DNA of 49,234 bases from Meiothermus sp. GTDB lineage: Bacteria; Deinococcota; Deinococci; Deinococcales; Thermaceae. How positions within the stretch are numbered: the stretch's first letter is position 1; each line of letters begins with the position of its first letter. Below, one piece after another: positions 31,970 through 41,886 of the stretch. Below the pieces are notes generated by a model. The model was not told where the DNA came from and did not search any database. It saw only the letters and a program-made list of their open reading frames with translations. The translations under genes and the position numbers were made by a program. The stretch spans positions 1 through 49,234 of the forward strand of contig JANRLD010000059.1 in NCBI GenBank assembly GCA_033762915.1. Direction: 5' to 3'.

Positions 31970-32716
31970 ACCCCCTGCCCACAGCCCGGACTCAGCGCGG
32001 GGCCCCGGTGCCGGGGTTCCCGCCGTGTTGTGCGTCGTTCGGGGCGCACTGGAGCCAATCGGCCGGCAATCCGTCCTGGACTGCGTTGTAGTCGCAGCCG
32101 CCGGCTTTTGCGGCGCCCGGCCCCGGCTTCTGCCCTCACCGCATTACCACACTCGAGGGTCGAATCGTCCCACCCAGACGCTACCGGCTGATTGGAGCCG
32201 GTGAAAAAGCTGATGGGGTTGAGTATTCCCGGCAACAATTTGTCCCCCATGCACTTCCTCGAAGTTTTGTGAGATCGGCCCGCTGCGGCCTTGAGTTTTT
32301 TGTCCCCGCGCGAGCTCGAGAATCCGCCCTCGGAAGCACAAGAATTGCGCTCTCGAGGTGGGCGTCTCGAGTAAATGGCCAAAAGCCGCAAGGCGTTACG
32401 AGTAGACGTTACGTATAGTTATGTGGCTTATGCATTTTCATCCCAACTACAGATCGTACTAGTGCCCTCTGGAACGGGATTTCTTCTGGTATACCCGGTG
32501 ATAATTGCGTCAGGGACAAAACAAACGTGCATGAGAAACAGGACGTAGTGATTTATCTTTCTCTCATCTTCTCGAGGCTCGGAAAAACTCCATCCCCAAG
32601 GGGATGAATTTAGAGGGTCTGCTGTTATTTCACATTTCCCTCACATTTTTGTGAGAATCGTTACCCCCATTTCTAAGGGAATCTGAGAGCGCTGCCCCCA
32701 CACTATCTCCTAGGTT

Positions 32717-33163
32717 ATGAGACGGTTCACCCGCCTCCCCATCCCCACCTTAGCCGGTCTGCTGTTCCTTGTGGCCCTCCTGGGCTCGGGGTTCGCTCAG
32801 GCGCCAAGGGTCTTGTACCTCAAGGCCACCGCATACACCTCCTCGGTGCGGGAGACCGACTCCACTCCCTTCATCACCGCTACTGGGGCGCGCACCCGCA
32901 TCGGCATCATCGCGGTAAGCCCGGACATGCTCCGCACCCTGCCCTACGGCTCGAGGGTCACACTCGAAGACCTCGGCACCCCCGGTGGACTGGGTCGGGG
33001 CCGCTTCAACTACCTCTTCCGCGACCGCGTCTTCATCGTCGAAGACACCATGCACCCCCGCATGCGCGGGCGCATAGATGTGTGGCTCCCCGACCGCGCC
33101 ACCGCCATCCGCTTCGGGGTACGCAACTTGAAGATCACCGTAGTACGCTACGGACGGAGATAG
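32717..33163 (+). CDS. Exported 3D (Asp-Asp-Asp) domain protein
   Basis: Signal peptide; ATAYTS, IAVSPD, LPYGS and EDTM..RIDVW motifs. Confidence 0.9.
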   Translation: MRRFTRLPIPTLAGLLFLVALLGSGFAQAPRVLYLKATAYTSSVRETDSTPFITATGARTRIGIIAVSPDMLRTLPYGSRVTLEDLGTPGGLGRGRFNYLFRDRVFIVEDTMHPRMRGRIDVWLPDRATAIRFGVRNLKITVVRYGRR

Positions 33164-33399
33164 GGCGGCCCTCGCCTCGAGGCCGAGTCAGAGCGGTTCC
33201 CACCTTTACCTGCCGCCGCGAGTGAAGTTAGGGTGGAAACCGGGATCAGGCCCTCTGGTTTTGCCTCAAAAGCTGCGTCGTGCCCCGAGGAAGGTCGGGT
33301 CGGCCTTTCCCGCTCCAAGGCGGCCGGCGGGGAAGGCGGGGCGCCGGGGAGGGTCACGCACCCTGTTCCCCGCTCCCCGTTCCCTGTACCCTAGTACCC

Positions 33400-34533
33400 G
33401 TGCGCTTCATCTGGTTCCTCGCCCTGCGCCAACTGCGCTACCGCCGCACCCAGAGCCTCATCACCCTGCTGGGAGTGGCGGTGGGGATCATGGTGCTCAC
33501 CACCGCGCTCTCGCTGACCAACGGCTTCATCAAGGGTCTGGTGGACGCCACCCTGCGGGCGGTGCCGCACCTGTTCTTGCAGTACCTCGACGACCGCAAC
33601 CCCAACCCCCCAGCCCTTCCACAAAACCCCGAGATCGCTGGGCAGGCGGGCGTCTTCATCACCAAGGCCCTGATGACCCGTCGGGCCTCGCAGGGCCGCA
33701 CTGCGGGGGCCGACTTTTCCACAGTGATCGGGCTGGGGCCGGGCGGGCAAGGCGTCTATCCGGAGCTGGAATTGTCCAAGCTGAGGGAGGGCAAGGTGGT
33801 GCTGGGCTCGGCCCTGGCCCGCAACCTCGGGGCCTACACCGGCGACAAGCTGTTCCTGGTCTCGGTCAACCAGAAGCGCCTGGAGCTCGAGGTGGTCGGC
33901 ACCTTCCAGACCGGCAACTTTCTTCTCGACGCCGGCTACGCCTTCACCACCATTGCCGACACCCGCGCTCTGATGGAGATGCCCGACGGCTTTACCGGCT
34001 ACCAGTTGCGCTTGCGCGACCCCCAAAAAGCCCCCGAAGTCGGGGCGGCGCTCCAGGGCCAGCAGTTCTTCGCCTCGCCCTGGCAGGCCACCAACCGCAC
34101 CCTGATCGAGCAGCTCGAGCTGCAGCGCCGGGTGATCGGCATCGTGGTCTTCCTGATCGTGGTGGTGGCGGCCGTCGGGATGGCCAACGTGCTGGTGCTG
34201 GCAGTGATCGAAAAGACCCAAGACATCGCCCTACTGCGGGTGATGGGGGCCAGGGGGGCGCAGGTGGCGGGGGTGTTCGCGCTCGAGGGGCTGATCCTGG
34301 GTGTCGCGGGCATCGTCCTGGGCTGCTTGCTGGGCTGGGGCCTGTCGAGCTACTTTTTCCACAACCCCGTGCGGATTCCAGGCGACCTCTACTTCCTCAC
34401 CAGCCTGCCCGTGGACATTCGCCCCTCCGACTTCGTGTGGACCTCGCTGATGAGCCTGGGAGTGGTGATGCTGGCCTCGCTGCTGCCGCTCTTCCGGGCC
34501 TTGCGGATCAAGCCTGGCGAGGTGCTGCGCTAG
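33400..34533 (+). CDS. ABC transporter permease (LolC/E, FtsX-like)
   Basis: LGVAVGIMVL..NGF, VIEKTQDIALLRVMGA and PGDLYFL motifs. Confidence 0.88.
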   Translation: MRFIWFLALRQLRYRRTQSLITLLGVAVGIMVLTTALSLTNGFIKGLVDATLRAVPHLFLQYLDDRNPNPPALPQNPEIAGQAGVFITKALMTRRASQGRTAGADFSTVIGLGPGGQGVYPELELSKLREGKVVLGSALARNLGAYTGDKLFLVSVNQKRLELEVVGTFQTGNFLLDAGYAFTTIADTRALMEMPDGFTGYQLRLRDPQKAPEVGAALQGQQFFASPWQATNRTLIEQLELQRRVIGIVVFLIVVVAAVGMANVLVLAVIEKTQDIALLRVMGARGAQVAGVFALEGLILGVAGIVLGCLLGWGLSSYFFHNPVRIPGDLYFLTSLPVDIRPSDFVWTSLMSLGVVMLASLLPLFRALRIKPGEVLR

Positions 34534-34541
34534 GGCTAGGG

Positions 34542-35333
34542 CTATCTTGCCGCGACCCGCGTCACCTCGGCTTCGACGAGTTCCTCGCCCCGCCGCACCT
34601 TGAGGCGCGAGGTCACGCCCGCCGCCTGCACGATGGGGACTTCCTCGTAGAGCATCGACCCCACCTCCAGGCCGTCGAACTCGGTGACCAGGTCGCCGGT
34701 CTGTAGCCCCGCGACCGCGGCCGGCGAGCCGGGATAGACGTGCGAGACCCGCAGCCCCAGGCCCTCGAGGGTGGCGGCCTCGAGGCCCAGGCCCATCATC
34801 CCGCGGTCGCGGAAGCGGGGGAACTGCTTCCAGATCAGGCGTATCTGGCCACGATGGTTGATCTCATCCTCCAGCACGTGGAACCATAAGAAGAAGCGGT
34901 TGCCGGTGGTTCCCCACATGGGCACGGGCTCCTCGAGCCAGGCGTCGTCGCGCCGGGCGAACTCGGCGTAGGTGGCGGCCGGTACGGCCTTGAGGTTCTC
35001 TAAGTAGTAGCGCAGCCCGTGCCCGCGAATCTTCTCGCGCCCCAGGTCGCCCAACTCCGCGCCCGCCTGCCAGCGCTCCCCAATGGCTTCGTCCCAGCCC
35101 GCGCCGTAGGTCTCGCCTTGGTGGCCGACCTCCACCGCGCAGATATGCTCCAGCAGCATCCCGATACTGTTGCCCCCGGGGTCGGGCAGGAAGTCGAGCT
35201 CCTCGACGGTGAGGCCCTGGGCCATCTGCAGGGTGGTGCTGCGGGCGTAGTTCATCATCGAGACCAACCGGCTGAGGTTGGGACTGAAGCCGGGGTGGTC
35301 GGGCGTGACCATGTAGGGGGTGAGGGCGGGCAT
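34542..35333 (-). CDS. DinB/YfiT-family protein fused to a C-terminal PDZ domain
   Basis: NSIGMLLEH..FHVLEDEINHRGQI, then MGLGL..VSHVYPGSPAAVAGLQTGDLVTEFDG. Confidence 0.82.
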   Translation of the reverse strand: MPALTPYMVTPDHPGFSPNLSRLVSMMNYARSTTLQMAQGLTVEELDFLPDPGGNSIGMLLEHICAVEVGHQGETYGAGWDEAIGERWQAGAELGDLGREKIRGHGLRYYLENLKAVPAATYAEFARRDDAWLEEPVPMWGTTGNRFFLWFHVLEDEINHRGQIRLIWKQFPRFRDRGMMGLGLEAATLEGLGLRVSHVYPGSPAAVAGLQTGDLVTEFDGLEVGSMLYEEVPIVQAAGVTSRLKVRRGEELVEAEVTRVAAR

Positions 35334-35448
35334 GGGTTCAGCATAGCCCAAGGCGGGCCTCGAGCCACCGGGCTTTTGGGGCGGCGCGGGTCCACTAACG
35401 GGCTGGACGGCCTGAGCCCTCGGCGTTGGGAGCTTGGGCTTTGCGCTT

Positions 35449-36561
35449 TTACATGTACGTCGTCCGCTTGCCCTCGTCGGCCATGGTCTGCCGGGCCGAG
35501 TTGATCTGCAGGGCCTTGACCTTCACATACTGCGCGCTGGTGGCGTTGGCCAGGGCCACGTCGAGGTCGAGCTTGTCCTCGGAGTAGAGCTGGGCCAGGT
35601 GGTCGTCGAAGGTCTGCATCCCGTCGAGGCTCGAGTCCTTCAAGGCCTCGTAGATTTCGTTGGTGCGGTTGGGGTCTTTGATTAGGTCGCGGATGCGCAG
35701 GTTGCCCTTCATGATCTCCATCGCGCAGACCCGCCCGCCGCCTTTGCGGGGCAGCAGGCGCTGCGAGACGATCCCCACCAGCGAATCGGCGAACAGCACC
35801 CGTGCCACGTCGCGCTCGTGCGGGGGGAACAGGTCCAGCACCCGGTTGACCGTGCGCACCGAGTCCAGGGTGTGCAGCGTGGAAAAGACCAGGTGGCCGG
35901 TCTGGGCCGCCTCGAGGGCCGCTGCGGCAGTGGCGTGGTCGCGGATCTCCCCGATCATGATCACATCGGGGTCCTGGCGCATGGCCGCTACCAGGCCGTC
36001 TTTAAAGCTGTGGGTGTCCTGCCTCAGCTCGCGCTGCACCACGATGGAACGCTTGCCCTTGTGCAGGTACTCGATGGGGTCTTCCAGCGTCACGATCATC
36101 TTGGCGTGGTGCTGGTTCATCTCATCGATGATGCGGGCCAGCGTGGTGGACTTGCCCGAGCCGGTGGGTCCGGTCACCAGCACCAGGCCCTTCTCCTGGT
36201 CGCGGAAGTAGTTGATGGTCTCGGGCGGGAGCGAGACCACCTTGAGCTTGCCCTCGTCGGAGTTGACCACCCGCATCACGCAACTCACCGAGTTGCGCTG
36301 CTTGAAAAGGTTGACCCGGAAACGGCCCAGCCCGGCCACCGAGTAGGCCAGGTCCACCTGTTTCTTCTCGGCAAAGATGGCCTTCTGCTGCTCGTCGCAC
36401 ATCACGTCGATCAGCGAGGCGGTGTACTGGGGGGTCAGGGGGGCTTCGGTAATGGCCGTAAGCTGACCATGCAGGCGGGCCATCAAGGGACGGCCAACGT
36501 GAATGTGAATGTCGGAAACTCCACGGGTGACCAGGTTAGCGAGAAGGTCGTTGAAGGTCAT
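35449..36561 (-). CDS. pilT: Type IV pilus retraction ATPase (PilT/PilU family)
   Basis: GPTGSGKSTT, EDPIE, RQDPDVIMIGEIRD and TGHLVFSTLHT motifs. Confidence 0.9.
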   Translation of the reverse strand: MTFNDLLANLVTRGVSDIHIHVGRPLMARLHGQLTAITEAPLTPQYTASLIDVMCDEQQKAIFAEKKQVDLAYSVAGLGRFRVNLFKQRNSVSCVMRVVNSDEGKLKVVSLPPETINYFRDQEKGLVLVTGPTGSGKSTTLARIIDEMNQHHAKMIVTLEDPIEYLHKGKRSIVVQRELRQDTHSFKDGLVAAMRQDPDVIMIGEIRDHATAAAALEAAQTGHLVFSTLHTLDSVRTVNRVLDLFPPHERDVARVLFADSLVGIVSQRLLPRKGGGRVCAMEIMKGNLRIRDLIKDPNRTNEIYEALKDSSLDGMQTFDDHLAQLYSEDKLDLDVALANATSAQYVKVKALQINSARQTMADEGKRTTYM

Positions 36562-36769
36562 GCCCTGATTGTAGGAAGCGGATTAAGACCCTCACGGTCG
36601 AACGGTACAACCGACTATTACATTAACAAGTGCGTTTGCGCTTGACATCTGCGAATTGGCAGTTTGCGCGTCCTCGCCGGGGCTACAGGCCGGAAATGCC
36701 CTCGTTACTCGTCGGCCCCATTGCGTTACAAATCCCCGGTTTTCTCCAGCTTAGATAAACTGGGGCGGT

Positions 36770-38263
36770 ATGCTGGCCCAGGTTCGCACCTACAGCCTAT
36801 TCGGCCTCGAGGCCCAGCCCATCACCGTCGAGGTCGACGTCTCGTCCGGCATGCCCTACTACGCGATGGTGGGGCTGCCCGACAAGGCCGTGGAGGAGTC
36901 GCGTGAGCGGGTACGGGCCGCGCTCAAGAACTCCGGCTACGGCTACCCCCAGGGCCGGGTGGTGGTTAACCTGGCCCCCGCCGAGCTGCGCAAGGAGGGC
37001 ACCCACTACGACCTCCCGATTGCGCTGGGCATTTTGCTGGCGCAGGGGGTGATCCCCGAGGGTGCGCTTAAGAAGTTCGCGGTGGCGGGCGAGCTGGGCC
37101 TGGACGGAGAGCTTCGCCCGGTGCCGGGGGCGGTTAACCTGGCGCTGGGAGCCCTCAAGGACGAGTTCAAGTTGCTGATGCCGCTGGCCTCGGCCCAGGA
37201 GGCCAGCCTGTTGGAGGGGGTGGAGGTCTACGGCGCCGCCAAGCTGCTCGAGCTGGTCAGCTTCCTGCAGGGCGGCAGCCCCCTTAGGCCGGTTCAGCCT
37301 ACCGAGGAGGAGGCCGGCCTCGAGGTCAGCCTCGACCTGCTGGATGTGAAGGGGCAGGCCAAGGCCAAGCGGGCCCTGGAGATCGCCGCTGCCGGGGGGC
37401 ACCACCTGCTAATGAGCGGCAGCCCCGGCTCGGGCAAGACCATGCTGGCCAAGCGCCTGGTGGGTCTGATGCCCCCGCTGCTGCGCGAGGAGGCCCTCGA
37501 GGTCACCCGCGTCCACTCGGCGGCGGGCCGCATCATGCGTGGGCTGATCACCCAGCCGCAGTTCCGCAGCCCCCACCACACCGTTTCGGACGCCGGACTG
37601 ATCGGGGGCGGGACGATCCCTAAGCCGGGCGAGATCAGCCTGGCCCACCGTGGAATCCTTTTCCTGGACGAGTTCCCGGAGTTCTCGAGGGAGGCCCTCG
37701 AGGTGCTGCGGCAGCCGCTGGAGGACGGGGTGGTGACGATTTCCCGCGCCCGGGCCTCCTTCACCTACCCGGCCCGCTTCTTGTTAATTGGGGCGATGAA
37801 TCCTTGCCCTTGCGGATACTACGGCGACCTGCAGAAGCCCTGCACCTGCTCGCCGGTGCAGCGCACCCGCTACCTGGGACGGATCAGCGGGCCGATGCTG
37901 GATCGCTTCGACCTGATCGTCGAGGTGCCCAGGCTCACCCCGGACGAGCTTGGGAGGTCGGCAGAGGGGGACTCGAGCGCCACCATCAAGGCCCGCGTGC
38001 TGGCCGCCCGCGGCCTGCAAACCCGGCGCCAGGGCCGCCTCAACAGCGAGCTGGTGGGGCGCGCCCTGCGCCAGCACGCCAAGCTCAGCAAGCCGGTCGA
38101 GGGGCTGCTCCAGGCCGCCACCGAGCGGCTCAACCTGACCGCCCGCTCCTACGACCGGGTGCTTCGGGTGGCCCGCACCGTCGCCGACCTGACCGGCGCA
38201 CCCGACATCGCCGAGGCCCACCTGGCCGAGGCCCTGACTTATCGGCGGAACCTGACGGGCTGA
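36770..38263 (+). CDS. comM: YifB/ComM Mg-chelatase-like AAA+ ATPase
   Basis: [26 protein letters not shown] and AMNPCPCG motifs. Confidence 0.93.
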   Translation: MLAQVRTYSLFGLEAQPITVEVDVSSGMPYYAMVGLPDKAVEESRERVRAALKNSGYGYPQGRVVVNLAPAELRKEGTHYDLPIALGILLAQGVIPEGALKKFAVAGELGLDGELRPVPGAVNLALGALKDEFKLLMPLASAQEASLLEGVEVYGAAKLLELVSFLQGGSPLRPVQPTEEEAGLEVSLDLLDVKGQAKAKRALEIAAAGGHHLLMSGSPGSGKTMLAKRLVGLMPPLLREEALEVTRVHSAAGRIMRGLITQPQFRSPHHTVSDAGLIGGGTIPKPGEISLAHRGILFLDEFPEFSREALEVLRQPLEDGVVTISRARASFTYPARFLLIGAMNPCPCGYYGDLQKPCTCSPVQRTRYLGRISGPMLDRFDLIVEVPRLTPDELGRSAEGDSSATIKARVLAARGLQTRRQGRLNSELVGRALRQHAKLSKPVEGLLQAATERLNLTARSYDRVLRVARTVADLTGAPDIAEAHLAEALTYRRNLTG

Positions 38264-38315
38264 GAGCGGCTCCCACGCATACTCCCTACGGCGCTAAAGC
38301 GGGCGGTTTTTGCTG

Positions 38316-38392
38316 TAGAGCGGTTGCCACGAATACTCGGTATGGCGGTTGTTGCCAGACCGAGTGCACTACTCTTCAGCGTGGGCGGAGTA
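38316..38392. mobile_element. MITE-like element, family B (copy 2, inverted)
   Basis: Its reverse complement matches the ends and hairpin of 820-919. Confidence 0.65.
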
Positions 38393-38786
38393 TAGGTGGG
38401 AACGCGATAGGGAGTACATTACCTGCCGCCTCGAGGGAGGTAAGGGTTGGGAAACGCAATGAGGGCTCGAGGCATCGGTGGCTTCGGGATCAACGACCCC
38501 TCACCCCGGGTCGGCACGGGTGTGCTCTTCCTGCGGTAGAGGGAGTTGTTGTGCTAAGCGTCTCCATAGTTGCAATGCAACATGTCGCCCGTCGGTTCTC
38601 GCAAGGAATTGCGCCAGGCACGCATTTGCCGCTTCCGCCGATTCCGTACATCTACCCTGGTGCACCTTAAACCCATCCTCCCGCCCGCTCTGCTCTGGGG
38701 AAGGGGCAGTGAAACCCGGAGCCACCGGCGTTCGCGCAGTGCCTCGACCTCTGACCGATTCGGCCCCGCCCTGCTACCCTATCCCC

Positions 38787-39434
38787 ATGAACTTCGACTT
38801 CTCCCAGCTCCGCCCCACCGACCGCTACAAGCTGCTCACCGGGCTGGTGGTGCCGCGCCCGATTGCTTGGGTCACCACCCTCAACCCGGACGGCAGCGTG
38901 AACGCCGCGCCCTTCAGCTTTTTCAACGCCATGGGCTCCGACCCAGCGCTGCTGATCCTGAGCGTGGGCTTCCACCCCGAGCGCCCCAAGGACACCGCCG
39001 CCAACGTCCGGCGCAGCGGTCACTTCGTGGTCAACCTGGTCAGCGCCGAGCTGGCCGAGCAGATGAGCCTGACCGCCGCTGAGTTCCCCCCCGAGGTCAG
39101 CGAGGCCGAGGCCGTCGGCCTCGAGCTCGAGCCCTCCCTCCACCTGCCCACCCCCCGCATTAAGCACACTCCCGCCGCCCTGGAGTGCAAACTCCACAGC
39201 TTCCAGGAGATCGGGCGCAACCACCTGATTCTGGGCGAAATCCTGGGAATATACGTGCGCGACGCCCTGGTCGCCGACCCCCAGAAGTTCCACGTCAAGA
39301 CCGCCGAACTGAACCTCGTCGGCCGCATGGGCGGTCGCGGCGGCTACGTCCGCACCACCGACCTCTTCGAGATCCCCCGGCTAACCTACGCGCAGTGGAT
39401 GGAGCGGGAGGGCAGGGGAGAGCGGGAGGAATGA
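38787..39434 (+). CDS. Flavin reductase family protein
   Basis: VVPRPIAWVTT, NAAPFSFFN, KDT and VGRMGG motifs. Confidence 0.9.
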   Translation: MNFDFSQLRPTDRYKLLTGLVVPRPIAWVTTLNPDGSVNAAPFSFFNAMGSDPALLILSVGFHPERPKDTAANVRRSGHFVVNLVSAELAEQMSLTAAEFPPEVSEAEAVGLELEPSLHLPTPRIKHTPAALECKLHSFQEIGRNHLILGEILGIYVRDALVADPQKFHVKTAELNLVGRMGGRGGYVRTTDLFEIPRLTYAQWMEREGRGEREE

Positions 39435-39505
39435 AGGCGCTTCCAGCCCTGCCCCGCGCCACCTGCTTTTTACCCTCTTCATACATTTCCCCCTAAAAAT
39501 GGCTC

Positions 39506-40432
39506 ATGAGCTTCCTGCTGCCGCTGGGGTTGTTGGGGCTTTTGACGCTTCCGCTGCTGGCCTGGCTGTACTGGCGGGCGGTGCAGCGCGGGCGCAGCGA
39601 GGGATTCGCGCTGCTGCCCGGCCTCGAGCTGGCCTCGAGGGCCGCCGAAGGGCGGGCCGGGCGGCGGCACCTCACGGCCGGGCTGTACCTGCTGGCGGCG
39701 GGGCTGGGGATCGTGGCCCTGGCCCGCCCACACGCCACCGTGCTGGCCCCCGACCAGCGGGCCGGCATCGTGCTGGCGCTGGACGTGAGCGGCTCGATGC
39801 GTGCGGCGGACATCCCGCCCAACCGCCTCGAGGCCGCCAAGAAGTCCGCCGAGGACTTTGTGTCGCGCCTGCCCGACGGGGTTAAGGTGGGGGTGGTGAG
39901 CTTTGCGGGCACGGCCCAGCTCGAGGCCCCCCTGACCGCACAACACCTCGAGGTTATCGAGAAGATCCGGCTGCTCGACCGGCGCTACAACACCGCCATC
40001 GGGGAGGGTCTGATGGAGAGCCTGCGGGCCTTCCCCGCTCGAGACGGCAAGCTCGAAGGCCCTGCCACCGTCATCCTGCTCTCCGACGGCCAGAACCGCA
40101 TGGGGGTCTCGCCGGAAGAGGCCGCCCGGGAGGCCGCCCGGCTGGGGGTGCGGGTTCATACCATCGGCGTGGGGACGGTGGGCAGCCAGGACCCTGGCGT
40201 GCCTTTCGCGGGCTTCGACGAGGGCGAACTGCGCGGTATCGCCGACGCCACCGACGGGCGCTACTACGCGGTCAATTCGGCGGGGCAGCTCGAGTCGGTC
40301 TACCGCGAGCTGGGCAGCGAGATCGGCTGGGTGCCCCAGCGCACCGAGGTCAGCGGCCTGTTCACCCTGGCGGCGGGCCTGGTGCTGGGGCTGTGCCTGC
40401 TGCTGGCCACGCTCCGCAGGCGGGTCTTGTAG
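39506..40432 (+). CDS. VWA domain membrane protein
   Basis: MIDAS motif DVSGS; TAIG and LLSDG; terminal TM helices. Confidence 0.9.
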   Translation: MSFLLPLGLLGLLTLPLLAWLYWRAVQRGRSEGFALLPGLELASRAAEGRAGRRHLTAGLYLLAAGLGIVALARPHATVLAPDQRAGIVLALDVSGSMRAADIPPNRLEAAKKSAEDFVSRLPDGVKVGVVSFAGTAQLEAPLTAQHLEVIEKIRLLDRRYNTAIGEGLMESLRAFPARDGKLEGPATVILLSDGQNRMGVSPEEAAREAARLGVRVHTIGVGTVGSQDPGVPFAGFDEGELRGIADATDGRYYAVNSAGQLESVYRELGSEIGWVPQRTEVSGLFTLAAGLVLGLCLLLATLRRRVL

Positions 40433-40500
40433 CCTGGGGGCCGATTGGCGCGGGGGCGACTGCCCACGAGGTGGCTTTGAGGACCGGAGCTGCTGCCGCG

Positions 40501-40713
40501 CAGGGCAACCGCAAAGTCGCCATAAAGCCTCCCCTACAGCGTAGGGGAGGTTGGAGGGGTCTGTTCCGAGGTCGCCCATTCAGTCAGCGAATACATGGGT
40601 CAGCGCGGAACAAACCCCGCCCTACCCACCCCTACAGCGTAGGGGTGGACTTCATGGTTATGCCTGCTGCCTTTCGGAGTTGCTCCCAAAAACCCGACTT
40701 TGCGGTTGCCCCG
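40501..40713. mobile_element. MITE family A (copy 2)
   Basis: TIR CAGGGCAACCGCAAAGTCG / CGACTTTGCGGTTGCCCCG. Flanking direct repeat GCTGCCGCG (40492-500 / 40713-21). Confidence 0.9.
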
Positions 40714-40731
40714 CTGCCGCGCCGCGCGGTT

Positions 40732-40760
40732 TTGACCTCCCGCCCCAAACCTGATACACT
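40732..40760 (+). promoter_or_regulatory. rplS promoter
   Basis: TTGACC-N17-TACACT with an extended -10 TG. Confidence 0.72.
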
Positions 40761-40900
40761 TGCGAGTTGCTGACTGGGGCCTATACCCCTTACGGCCCGA
40801 TGTGACTGCTTGGCGGTCACGCTCGAGGGCCGCAATCCATGAACCCACCCGCCGCTGGCCGAGGTGCAAAACAGGTTCCGCTGGAGACCAGGAGTCAGAG

Positions 40901-41635
40901 ATGAACCGTGGAGCTTTGCTTAAGGTAGTCGAGAAGAAGTACACCCGCGCCGACCTCCCCCAGTTCAAGGCGGGCGATAGCGTGAAGGTCAACTACAAGG
41001 TGGTCGAGGGGAACCGCTCCCGCGTCCAGGCCTACGAGGGCGTGGTGCTGAAGATTAAGCGCAACGGCTTCAATAGCGCCTTCACCGTGCGCAAGATTTC
41101 CTTTAACGAGGGCGTCGAGCGTATCTTCCCCTTCAACTCGCCGCTGATCGACAGCGTCGAGGTGGTCAGCCGGGGCAAGGTGCGCCGGGCCAAGTTGTAC
41201 TACCTGCGCGAGCTGCGCGGCAGGGCCGCCCGCATCAAGGGCGACCGCAAGCGGCTTAACGAGGACGTGGAGGCCCGGGCCGCCGACGCCAAGGCTGCCG
41301 CTGCCGCTAAGGCCGCCGCTGCCGCTGCTGCCGAGCAGGCCGCCCGCGAGGCCGCCGAAGCCGAGGCTCGAGCCAAGGCCACCCAGGGCGACAACCTCGA
41401 GCGCATCGAGGGCATCGGCCCCAAGATCGGCGCCGCACTGGCTGCCGCCGGCATCACCACCTTCGCCCAGCTGGTTGCCGCCTCCGAGGACAGCCTCAAG
41501 GAGGCCCTGACCAAGGCCGACATCATCATCCCCGCCAGCGTGGGCACCTGGGGCAAGCAGGCCCAGTTCCTGGTGGACGGCGACGAGGCAGGCTTCAAGA
41601 AGTACACCGACGAGCTGACCGCCGGCCGGGAGTGA
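40901..41635 (+). CDS. rplS: 50S ribosomal protein L19 with Ala-rich linker and C-terminal HhH domain
   Basis: FTVRKIS..GVERIFP and [12 protein letters not shown] motifs, then [21 protein letters not shown]. Confidence 0.95.
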   Translation: MNRGALLKVVEKKYTRADLPQFKAGDSVKVNYKVVEGNRSRVQAYEGVVLKIKRNGFNSAFTVRKISFNEGVERIFPFNSPLIDSVEVVSRGKVRRAKLYYLRELRGRAARIKGDRKRLNEDVEARAADAKAAAAAKAAAAAAAEQAAREAAEAEARAKATQGDNLERIEGIGPKIGAALAAAGITTFAQLVAASEDSLKEALTKADIIIPASVGTWGKQAQFLVDGDEAGFKKYTDELTAGRE

Positions 41636-41674
41636 GGGTTGAAGTCTGAGGTTTAAGGTCGAAAGCTAAAGGCG

Positions 41675-41700
41675 ACCCCCCACGGTTTGTGGGGGGTTTT
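41675..41700 (+). terminator. rplS terminator
   Basis: ACCCCCCAC-GGTTT-GTGGGGGGT followed by Ts. Confidence 0.8.
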
Positions 41701-41730
41701 GCTTGCTCCGGATCGGCCGTGTGCCTCTGA

Positions 41731-41871
41731 TAGGGTGTTTATTAAGTCCCCTCTCCCTCTGGGAGAGGGCTAAGGTGAGGGAGTGAGCCGTAGGCGAATG
41801 CCCTTGAATCGTCGTATTTACTGAGAGAACTGGGCTAAACAGGGTTCATGAAGTGGTTCATAAACACGCTC
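41731..41871. mobile_element. MITE-like element, family C (IS5-like ends), containing a REP-like hairpin
   Basis: Imperfect TIR ATAGGGTGTTTATTAA / TTCATAAACACGCTCT (13/16), with TGA on both sides. Internal CCCTCTCCC-TCT-GGGAGAGGG-CTAAGGTGAGGG. Confidence 0.6.
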
Positions 41872-41886
41872 TGAGATTTCTATCCC

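Noticed and set aside
32400..32716. c-di-AMP (ydaO) riboswitch before the 3D-domain gene
   Set aside because: The conserved GCTGAATCC and CGTCAGCTAAC blocks are not found.
38393..38786. Upstream extension of the flavin reductase ORF, or a riboswitch
   Set aside because: The extension is not protein-like and no known aptamer consensus was recognised.
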